In this document: one piece after another, positions 53,566 through 64,000 of the stretch
Position numbering within the stretch: the stretch's first letter is position 1
Layout of the letters: every line of letters starts with the position of its first letter
NCBI RefSeq assembly: GCF_006345805.1
Contig: NC_043002.1
Span: 88,288,001 to 88,352,000, forward strand
Reading direction: 5' to 3'
Source of the DNA: Octopus sinensis
Lineage: Eukaryota
Length of the DNA: 64,000 bases
The notes under the pieces: model-generated
The model's input: only the letters and a program-made list of their open reading frames with translations
The model's database searches: none
Told to the model about the DNA's origin: nothing
Program-made: the position numbers and the translations under genes

Positions 53566-53783
53566 AGAGAGAGAGAGAAAGAGAGAGAGCGAGTGTGTGT
53601 GTGTGTATGTTTGGTGTGTGTGCGTGCATGCATGAACACACATACATGTGTGTCTGTGTATGATTTCAATAGTTGCTGGATCAGGTGGGAGGTAGATCAA
53701 GTGATTTTATATTGATATTGTGCATTATATTTGAGCTGTTGCTTAGGCTTCGATCAACCTTGGTCAAACAGATTTATGATGAA

Positions 53784-54001
53784 CCTTTTAGCATTCAGAT
53801 TACTGTCAAATGTAATACTTATTCATTTACATTATTTTGAATTTATCATACACTATTTTGTAGCTTTGAGGTTTCAATGATGCGTTTGTTTATTTTGAGA
53901 ATGACATTGTAGAGTAGGTATGAGAGGTTCGATCTGTCCAGTTTGAATATAAAACAGGCAGAATATTTGGGCTTGATATGGTTGGTTTGAATACTAAAGG
54001 A
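53784..54001 (+). mobile_element. piggyBac-like MITE family P1
   Basis: CCTTTTAGCATTCAGATTAC ... AATACTAAAGG; homologous to 14587-14811. Confidence 0.72.
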
Positions 54002-55998
54002 TTAAAGACCACAAACATCCTGTCTATTTTATCTCCAACTAAGACTACATTACCCAGGGTGTTCTTTGTTTTTTAATAATGTAGAAATAATTTATGAGAT
54101 ATTTGGCTGTTAATTCTAGTAGGTTGAAGGATCACCCAGGTTTAGATTTTTACAAGTTGTGTGTGCATGCATGTGTGTAGTTGCAGAGACCATCTTAGTC
54201 ATGAATTTTATGTAATCTGCACACTACTTCATATTTTTTCAGATTTTAGTATGATTCTTCAGTAAATGTGACTAAAAGGTTTAGTTATGATATAAACGGT
54301 ATTGTTTCAGAAGTTTTAAGTTGTCGTGATTTGTGACATACAGATTAAGAGCCAAGAATGAAAAAACTATTACAATCCATGATCAACCTAGTGTTTTATT
54401 ATCTCTAATTAGTGCTAAGTTTCCTTTATTTGGTTATAAAATATTCATAAGGTATTTATTCACTATCAGATATTATATCATTTGAGTTTTATACACAAGA
54501 CAATGATATATACTGCTGTAGTTATAATGTTGGTTTTCTGTATTGTTGTTTAACTTCAAATCTGCATGGATTGCATAGACAGCTTGGTGATCAAAGGCAG
54601 TCCAGTCTTCATCCTAGTTTTCCAATTAATATTGAAAAACTAGGATGAAGCAGGTGTATAAGGGAATTTGACAACTGTTTCTAGCAAGTTGAGCAACAAC
54701 ATGAAACTACCTTGTTGGTGTGTCTTATTTGCGAGTAGGATATAAAAAGACGTTTCCTACAACAGTTCACATTATTGTGGAACCAGGATTCTAGCTTTAG
54801 TATGTTTGGTATCACTATATTTGGTGTGGTATGGAAGTATGTCATTATGATGTCAAAAAAAGTTATACGGATAGGGATTGTTGAGTACGTAGATTACAAT
54901 GTCATCAGGAGTGGATGCTTTGAAGAAAGGCCTTGAGTAGATAAGTTACAATGTTGTCAGAAGAGGATGTTACAGAGATGCCTATTGAGTGGGGATGGGG
55001 GCGGCATCCATTTTTATCAACAAAGGATTTTAAAGTGAAGAGCGATAATATTAAGTAGATAGGTTACAATATAGTTACAGTATTGTGCATATAACTGTTG
55101 GATGAACTGATTATGATGAAAGTGAAAATGATGGTTAAGTGGAATCATGGTAGGAAAAGTAAACTTGATTGTGATAAAAGTTAAGACGATGGGCAAGTGG
55201 GATACATCGATAAATATTCTATCTTTTTACATGTTTTATAATATGCAGAGAGATGATGTACTTATACTATAACTAGGACCAGAAAGTATATTCTTTCACT
55301 GCTTAATCTCAGCAGTAGAATAAGCTGATAAATGTAAAAATGTTCAAACAAGGAAAAAAATTCCAGCGGTAAATTTCAACCAATCCAAAATTTGAAACCT
55401 GGAAGTGCAATACTGCATCCATTTAGTTATTCACCTTCATGTAATATGAGAGATGGATAGACAAGTCGGATAGACAGTCAGATAGACTGAAACCATAATT
55501 CTAAAGTGTAGTCTTCCCATACAATGCCTCACACTGGTCCTTAGAATTACATTAAGGGTATACGTGTCTGCAATGCTCAGTCATGCAGATGCTATATCAA
55601 TGAACAGGTAATACAACTGAATGAACAACTGAGTCTTCACCATCATTGAATCTGATGGAGACTCATCTGCTTAATAACAAGAGTGATAGCCCATAATGTT
55701 AAAATGGAGAATAGCATATAAGCATCCTTCACAGCAGCTGACAGTAAATAATTAGTTGTTGAAGTTATTTTAAAATATTAGATGCTGCTCTGATAGTGCT
55801 CTGAATGCAGAATCCTCAGATTACATCTTTAATTTTGCATTTTCCTTCTTTTTCACTATTTGTTTGGTTTTTTTTCTTTTTTTTTTAAATACATATGTAT
55901 GTCTAATGAATACATTCCATCCATTAATTAGTGATATATATCCTTTTATGCTAAAATGACTCACAAAAATACAACTAAACTACCATTTTCATGTATAA

Positions 55999-56185
55999 AG
56001 GCAGCAAGCTGGCAGAATCATTAGCACATTGGGCAAAAAGCTTGGTGGCATTTCTTCTAGCTCTCTACATTGTGTTCAAATCTTGAGGTCAACTTGCCCT
56101 TTCATTGGTGAAGTACCAGTCAAGTACTGGTTCAAAGTAAATGACTATTCTTCTCCTAAAACTGCTTGCCTAGTGCCTAAATTTG
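55999..56185 (+). mobile_element. SINE type B, degenerate
   Basis: AAGGCAGCAAGCTGGCAGAATCATTAGCAC ... GAGGTCAACTTGCCCTTTCAT ... GTACCAGTCAAGTACTGG. Confidence 0.75.
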
Positions 56186-56656
56186 AAACCATTTTTATTC
56201 AGTATAATATGCTCTTTTTCTTTTTAAACCTTAAAATTATAGGTGCATATTATACATAAGAACTAAAATGTTATTTGTTTTTTCCAGTTTAAATGCATGT
56301 CTTAATTTTGTGTGGTGTAAGTTTTATATTTATTGCCCAAGCTAATTAATATGTAATGAATTTACATATCTATATTGTTACATTTTTCTGATAGTGATAA
56401 AACATAATATGCTTGTTATTGTACTTCGTAACTGTGCTCATGTGTTCATATTGCCCATAAATTGTTCACTATTTTGATAACACTTTGAAATATAAAACTG
56501 AAGTGGGGCATAATAAAATGACGAAATGTTCTTTGGTTCTATTCATACATAGCTACAAAACATACATATATACCTTTCAAAATTCTGTGCTTCAATAACA
56601 CAAAGGCGTTCCAGCCATAAACACCCAATCAATGTATTATTTAATATATATATATC

Positions 56657-56780
56657 ATTATCATCATGAAACATCCGTTTTCCATTCTGGAATGGGTTGG
56701 ACGGTTTAACAGGAGCTGGCCAGACACCAATTGTCTGCTTTGGCATGGTTTCTATGGCTGGATGCCCTTCCTAATGCCAT
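56657..56780 (-). mobile_element. SINE type C 3' fragment
   Basis: CATCATGAAACATCCGTTTTCC ... GGCTGGATGCCCTTCCTAATGCC. Confidence 0.75.
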
Positions 56781-56904
56781 TTATATATATATATATACAT
56801 ACATACATACACACATACTTACATGTATATAGGTATGTTGATGCAAACAGGAAAAATAGATCTCAAAATATGAGATACATATGTATATATATATATTATA
56901 CACA

Positions 56905-57068
56905 ACAACAAGCTTCTTTCAGCTTCTGTCTGCCAAATCCACTCACAAGGCTTTGGTTGGCCCAAGGTTATAATAGAAGACACTTGCCCAAAGAGCCACA
57001 CAGTGGGACTGAACCTGGAACTATGTGGTTGGTAAGCAAGCTACTTAGCACACAACCACTCCTGCACC
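56905..57068 (-). mobile_element. SINE type A (head half)
   Basis: GCTTCTTTCAG ... CCAAATCCACTCACAAGGC ... CACTCCTGCACC. Confidence 0.85.
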
Positions 57069-57366
57069 ACTATATATATATATATATATATATATTTATA
57101 ATGCAATATATATGAAATTAAACCCATATTACTATCTATAAATTATATAAAATTGCTTCTATCTTATTAAAATGATTTTAACATCTTAAATAACAAATGT
57201 ATACTACTTAAATCTGCTTTTTATTTACTTTTAATCTTAAAAAATTGCTACATATCCTAAATACTTGATGTACAAAACCTAAAAATCCAAAGATTGCTTT
57301 TTAAAAAAAGCATGTATAATGCAAGACTAGGGAGGAGTTTTAAAAAGACTTATTTGAACAGCTTAA

Positions 57367-57586
57367 CCCTTTCGTTACAGTATTTATTTTGAGATGCTCT
57401 GTGTTTCTTTCAATTACTTTAACTATAACAAAGAATTTAGTAAAATAACTTAGTTATCATTCAGCTAGTGTTAGGAACATAAATTATGACTAAGGTTTGG
57501 TGGAAGATTTTAATTCAAAACTTATGAAAACAAGACATTTGTACTACAGAGCTCGAGCCATTTCAGCCGGGTTGGTAACGAAAGGG
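57367..57586 (+). mobile_element. piggyBac-like MITE family P2
   Basis: Perfect 12-bp TIR CCCTTTCGTTAC / GTAACGAAAGGG with TTAA on both sides. Confidence 0.9.
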
Positions 57587-58242
57587 TTAAACCAGACATA
57601 GACAATATTTTCCAAGAAACAGGCCACATGAGACTTGGCTCATCATCAGGCATCTAGATGAGAGTAATTTATTAGGCATGCTATTCACAAAGTTCCATAA
57701 GCCACAGTTTGTCCATATTTGACTTCATTTTGCCCACTCGTGACAACATCTAGTAAAACTAGGTATGTATAGTCTCATTATCAAAATGAAATTAATTTCA
57801 CAATACGAATAAAAACAATGGACATGTTGATTTTATACAACAGGTGTACTTTTACTATTAACAGTGGTTAAGTTCAAAGTTTACTTGCTATGAAAAGCAA
57901 AAAACTTATCTGAAAGTTTTCATAAGAGAAATTTATGAATGTAGATGTATTGTATATCTGCCAACAAGAGTTTAAAATGATCAAAACAGCTAAACAATTA
58001 TTACAAGACATAATGAGATATAATATACACAAGATAAATTTTTCAAATGTCCATGAAATAATGGCACACATTATATACAAGTGGGTATTGTATTGAATAT
58101 ATATGTATGAAATGCATAAACACAAAATTAAGACATGTGCATGCATCTGAGATAGCATAGATATTTGAAGGTATACAGAGTAATACCTCACAGGGTTTTT
58201 AAACTGTAACTGATATATTTAGAAAAAATTAACCTTTTTATC

Positions 58243-59811
58243 GCAGAAATTATTGAAAAGCATGACCAAAGTGTGTGTGTAGTTGACTTGATGAATCAGT
58301 GTGAGCATAGCAGTTCTACAAACTGCAGTATACTGAAACAGGAGTTGATAAAGGCTATAATGCTAGCCAAGGGCATTAAAACAATTTCTAAACAGCAGAC
58401 ATCTATCCATGAAAATATGGAGAAGCTGCTCATGATGTGGTTGACAAAGAAGCAGCTCATTGGAGATACCGTGACAGAGGTTATAATCTACAAGAAGGCA
58501 CGAGCTATTAACGCTGATTTGCTGCAGTAGACCCCAGTCACTTGTACGGATGAGGCATTGGGCAAGCTGTTTGAAGCCAGTCGGAGCTGGTTCGAGAATT
58601 TTAAAAAGAGGACCGGCTTTCACTCGCTTAACAGGCATGGTGAGGCAGCAAGTACGGATATGAAGGATTACCTCAAAACTTTTGCCAGAATTATAGCAGC
58701 CAAAGGATACATCCCCAGCAAGTCTTCAACTGTGACAAGACAGGATATTTTGGAAAATACCAAGGACTTATATAACGGCAGGGGAGAAGAGAATGCCAGG
58801 CCACAAACCCATAAAGGATAGGCTAACCTTTACACTGTGCGCCAATGCAAGCAGCAACTGCAAGATTGAGCCACAGCTCATTTATCATTCAGAAAACCCC
58901 AGAGATTCTGAAAGAAAAACTGCAGTTTATGTGGAGGGCAAACCTAAGGGCATGGATCACCAGGCAGTTCTTTGAGGAGTGGGTGAATTTAGTCTTTGGT
59001 CCTGATGTTAAGAAATATTTCCAGAGAAATAACCTACCCTTGCAAGCCCATCTCTTCCTGGACAATGCACCTGCTCACCCACCTAACCTCGAAGATGACA
59101 TCCTTGAAGAGTTCAAGTTTATAAAGGTTCTCTAACTTCCAACCAACACCACCCCCTGTCCTACAACCCATGAACCAGCAGGTGATTTCTAATTTCAAGA
59201 AGCTCTTCACCAAGCACCTGTTCTGCAGCTACTTTGAGGTGACAGAGAGCAAAAACCTCACCCTTCAAGAATTTTGGAAGGATCACTATAACATCATGAT
59301 ATGCCTTAGAATTATCGATATGGCCTGGCCTCAGCATGGAAGAAGCTGTGGTCTGAGGTTGTGTCTGAAATGGACTTTGAAAGACTCAAACCCGAAGCAG
59401 CCATGGCAGAGGAGATTGTATCCCTTGGTAAGTCCATGGGCCTGGACATGGATGAAGGTGACATCAACAAGCTCATGGAGGTGGACTGCGAGAAACTGAC
59501 AACAGAGGAGCTACAGAAGCAGCAGTACATGGTTTTGCAGGAAATAGGTGATGCAAAGGAGGTTATCTCTACAAGTGCAATAAAAGAAATGTTGGGAATG
59601 AGGGAGAAACTTTCAGACTTTAGTCAAAAGAAACACCCAGAAAAAGTTGCAACTGGGCAAGCGACAGTGCTATCTAATGACATTCGCCAAACTCATTTCA
59701 GAAACATTCTGAAAGGGAGGATGAAACAGACCTCATTGGACAAGTTCTTATCGAAAACTCCTGCAAATGAAAGTGAGGAAAGTGTAGCAAAAAGGGCAAA
59801 AATCAGTGAAT
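58243..59811 (+). pseudogene. Decayed Tigger/pogo-family transposase (CENP-B-type HTH plus DDE_1 domain)
   Basis: EIIEKH..., MEKLLMMWLTKKQLIGD, FEASRSWFENFKKR, HGEAAS, VFNCDKTG, MPGHKPIKDRLT...CANASG-like, WRANLRAWIT, LDNAPAHP, QPMNQQVISNFKK; split over several frames by stops and frameshifts; third catalytic Asp appears as Asn. Confidence 0.92.
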
Positions 59812-59869
59812 ACGATTCAGCTATTCAGTTCAGCCTTTCTCCTCCACCGCTGTTAGCATCCTCAAGTTG

Positions 59870-60205
59870 CCTTTAGTCGAAAAATTCGACCCCCTGGACG
59901 TATTCTTTGTAAGCCTAGTACTTATTCTATCAGTATCTAATGCTGAACTGCTAAGTTACAGGAACGTAAAGACACCAACATTGATTGTCAAGCAATGGTG
60001 GGAGGACAAACACAGACACACAAATACATACACACATATATATATATATATGATGGGCTTCTTTCAGCTTCCATCTAGCAAATCTACTCACAAGGTTTTG
60101 GTGAGCCCGAGGCTATAGTAGAAGACACTTGCCCAAGATGCCACACAATGGGACTGAACCTGGATCCATGTGTTTGGGAAGCAAGCTTCTTACCACACAG
60201 CCAGC
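59870..60205 (-). mobile_element. SINE type A
   Basis: TTTAGTCGAAAAATTCGACCCC ... TTACCACACAGCC. Confidence 0.85.
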
Positions 60206-61989
60206 TTTTCTATACACGATCCTGTGCTGCACCAGGACACATTACCTGTGATATTTCCCGAGGTCATTAAATGTTTCAAGATTTACATCAGAATTAACAC
60301 AAGACTTGATAGCACTGCTTTTTCACCCCTCCTGATCTACAGCCATCTTGAGGCAACCACCAGTGCCTCCATGGCCAACTAGATGGCATTCTTTCTACTG
60401 GCTTCTGTGAAACCCTACATGTTGTAAGCTCTGCAGAGGGACTGGCCTGCAAACCTTCTACATCCCACCTTGATGGGAAAACTCCATCACTTTAGCATTA
60501 AAAGATGTTAATGTAATTAGTAATTATGACCCAAATAAAAATATGCAATAGTATACATGCATACACCGAACAAGGTTACTCAACTTAAACTTAAGTAGAA
60601 TATAAAGCAATGCTGAAGCTACTACTACATATAAACAATCAGTTTTACAAACACTTGCTTTCCAGCAGGAAAGCTAGAATCATACTTAGCCTGTGAGTTC
60701 CTGAAATTGCAATCAATTCTGTGAGAACTAAAGCAAAATCGACTGAGTTGTTTTCAAAAGCTAAAACAACAAAAATCAAAATTAGACTATGTATACAATA
60801 TATTTCATGACAAAATACCTACTGTCATTCCTTTTATGGTAATATTGAAGTTACACACTTCAAGCCTCAACAGAGAGGAAAACCAAAATGGCCTATTATG
60901 TTAAAGCAATTAACTATAAAGATTAATTATTGCAACTTTCAGTTAATTACTAAGGTTGTATAGGTGGTACTTGTAAATAATGTGCTGCTAATAAAACCCA
61001 AATTATCACATGATCCTTAGCTGTTATTTCTTGTTTCCATAGTGTCTAAAGTCCAGCACATGTATGGCAAGTTATCTTATCTATGTGTGAGTACACATTT
61101 AAACAGATCATAAACAATAACTTACACATACACAATATCGAAAGACAATTTCCCAACAGACTTCAAAACAAATCAATAAAGAGTAATACAGCTGTTAATA
61201 TAAATGGAATAGTGATCAAAGCTTGCCTAGTGAAACTGCATTGTCATAAAAATATAGGGGAAAGAGTTTAAGATGATGAAGCACATTGGTGGCCGTTATA
61301 CACTGAAACAAAATGGTAAATCAGAAAAGCACTTATTAAAACACATTTGATTGGAATATTATCTTTTAAATATTATCTATCAAGGGCAATGAACTGAGAG
61401 AATCTGCAAGAAGGCATGACTGACTGATTAAGAAGTTCACCATAGTAAACATGTAGTTTTAGGTTTAGCCCCAGTGTGTGGCAGATTGGGAAAGCATCTG
61501 ATATAGTCCTAGGTTGATCTATGCCTTGAGAATGAATGTGATACATATGTGTGCATGTATATGCGAGTGTTTGTTTCAGCATTTGACAATCAAGGTTGGC
61601 TGTATCAGAGTGGTTTGACAAAAAAAAAGGGGGGGGGGGCTAACACAATTAGGTTGATTTGATCAACTTAACCTTTTAGGACAGTGTTCCAAAATGGCCA
61701 GACCAAAGATTGGAACCAATTAAAGAATAAAAAAAAAAGGTCCAAATAGAAAAACTATGTAATATATAAAATATATATTCCATTAAAGCCTAAGCTAATA
61801 CCCCGCAGGGAATAACCTTACCTTTCATCCTCTTGGAATCAGGTTAAGTACTAGTTGTGTATAAGTGTCAATCAATTATGCTATCTCACAAAATGAGTGT
61901 ATGTTAGACATCTATAATTCTAAACAAAACATAAGTCCACAGTTGTTTAGCAACACACAATTAAGGAATAATGATATAGCAATTTCTAT

Positions 61990-62145
61990 GTGCTACTTTC
62001 ACGTGCAATCTGCAGTATCCATTATCTATGCTGTGAAATGACTGGATCTGGGTTAGGATTAAGGTTTGGGATTAGGGTTTAGAATTAAGGTTAGACAGCA
62101 CTCTAAAGTATAAATGGCCAGATAGATTGCATGCTAAAGTGGCAC
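61990..62145. mobile_element. Short inverted-repeat element with internal degenerate TTAGGG-like repeats
   Basis: Arms 61990-62011 and 62124-62145 are 18/22 complementary; interior GGGTTAGGATTAAGGTTTGGGATTAGGGTTTAG. Confidence 0.5.
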
Positions 62146-64000
62146 CAATCACTCCATCTCACATGACAGGTGCTAGTTAAGAGTCACAACAACAGTGATT
62201 GTCAATATTATTTCAATATCCACTTCTCCATGCTTGCATGGACCAGGTGAAAATTCAATGAGGTATACTTTCTACACCCAGATGTTCTTCAGGTCACCTG
62301 TTTTTCAAGCGAGGTAATGTTTTCCTTGATCCTTTGAACGCGAACAGCATAATGACTGAACATGTTTCCATAGAAGATTGCAAACAAACGACAATAATTG
62401 TATGGTGGTAGCAGTCATTTACAACTTATACACACTGTCAAGACCAAGAGACACAAACCTGTGTATGTGTGTGTGTGATGTACATGCACATAGACACATT
62501 TATTATCGATCAAACACACTTAAATATTTTATTGGCCTGTGAGCTTATGCAAACAGCTACCCAGTAGGGCTGAACTTGGGACGATTTGGCTGCAAACTTT
62601 TTAACCACTTTGTTGCACTAGCAGAAAACTGATAAGAATTTTGTGACATTAAAACTGTCAGATTTAAAATAATCTATTACTGTGAAGTAGTCTATAATCA
62701 ATTGCATATATTTAACAGGTTTCAATTACACGAATTTTTATGAGTTTATGAAGTGGCAAAATGGAATGTTATTGTTTAACATTACTATTACAGCAATTTA
62801 TTTAAAAGTATTCATTACAATAGATACGTATACTTAGAAATGCAATTAAGAAAACTAGGAAGAAGGACTTTGTTTTTTTTTTTCCTTGAGAAGATAAACA
62901 TTAATGTCTGAAGAAACAAAATATATCTAGGTTAAAAACTTTGACCTCAATCATATACCCAGGTGGATGTTAACCACACTATTTTCAAGCCTTTTTTTTT
63001 TCTCATCTCAATGTCAAATATGTCAAATATCATTCTCACATTTCAACACAAGTTCTTTTTTCTTTCAATTTAAATTACAAAGATATCGGTTGTGCATATC
63101 AAATCTTGCTTTATTGAAATAAAATATTTAAATACACTATCATGTTTCACATACTGTGGTTTATACGCAGGTATACACATAAATCACACACACAAAATAC
63201 ATTTGTAAATCTCACTCCTCACTACATGACTAAGATATTAATTTTGCAGACTGACTTAACTAACATGGTCATGTGTCACAATTTTGTTAATCTGTTTTGT
63301 TCCAATGTATTGGTCTGATAACATTGCCACTTCAAAGTAAAGCAATTTGAAGTAATAAGAGAATCCAACTGTAAAACTGCAAGCTCCAAAAATATGCAAA
63401 TTCTAGTTTCTCCCAGACATAGGGAGGTAGAGGATATAATTGAGTAAAACCAACTCCAACGCTTCACTGATATTTTATTTTACCAAATGAAGAGCAAAGT
63501 TGACCTGAGCAGTATTTGAACTAGGAACATAAGGAGTTGTAACAATGTGCCATTTTGCATAGACCGATATGAAAATTAGAGTGAAATAATGATGAATGTC
63601 ACTAGTTGCCAATCATTTATCTTCACGGAATATTATTATGTTGGTAGGTAGCTAATAAGACAGAAGACATCTGACCAGAAAATATCTGAATAAAACCAAT
63701 ACAACTCCTGATATCATGGTGTAGTTAAGGATATTGAGAAATAGTTTTCAGGTTTATGTCAAGACCTTTAAAATATGATGCAGAAACACTTATTCTATCA
63801 ACTAAAAAGCACAATTTCACATCAATTTTTCATGTTTGGAAGTGATTGCTGACTGCCAAAAGAAGCTAACAAAAGACCCTTTATGTTAACACTTGACAAA
63901 CAAATAATACAAGCCAAAACTCCCACAAAGCATAGGTCTTCTGGACCAGTGTTCCCTAACAACATAGTCAAAGCTTTGCTGACCTAGTTTTTACCTATTA

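Noticed and set aside
60210-60500. Possible further LINE fragment
   Set aside because: GC-richer than background, but the translation is too decayed for me to assign.

Overview
AT-rich, repeat-dense eukaryotic DNA. The SINE families match those I recognise from Octopus/coleoid cephalopod genomes; this is recall, not a database result. Only one host protein-coding exon is supportable: a 139-nt minus-strand exon (172-310) of ceramide glucosyltransferase (UGCG/GlcT-1), with clean splice sites and the same intron phases as vertebrate exon 2. The short N-terminal coding exon was not found, so most or all of the window is probably a very long UGCG 5' intron or upstream region. The rest is SINEs (three types), MITEs (Tigger-, hAT/Charlie- and piggyBac-like), a Helentron-type element, a decayed Tigger/pogo transposase, a fold-back mariner derivative, LINE fragments (R4/Dong, CR1, RTE, Penelope-like), microsatellites and an 876-bp near-identical tandem duplication. 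The most interesting non-TE signals are a CpG-rich patch at about 39.0-39.25 kb holding a 105-nt in-register hairpin and flanked by splice-like signals, and a textbook AG|GTAAGT recursive-splice-like site with a 23-nt candidate micro-exon at 29.9 kb. All coordinates were counted by hand; boundaries of decayed repeats are approximate.
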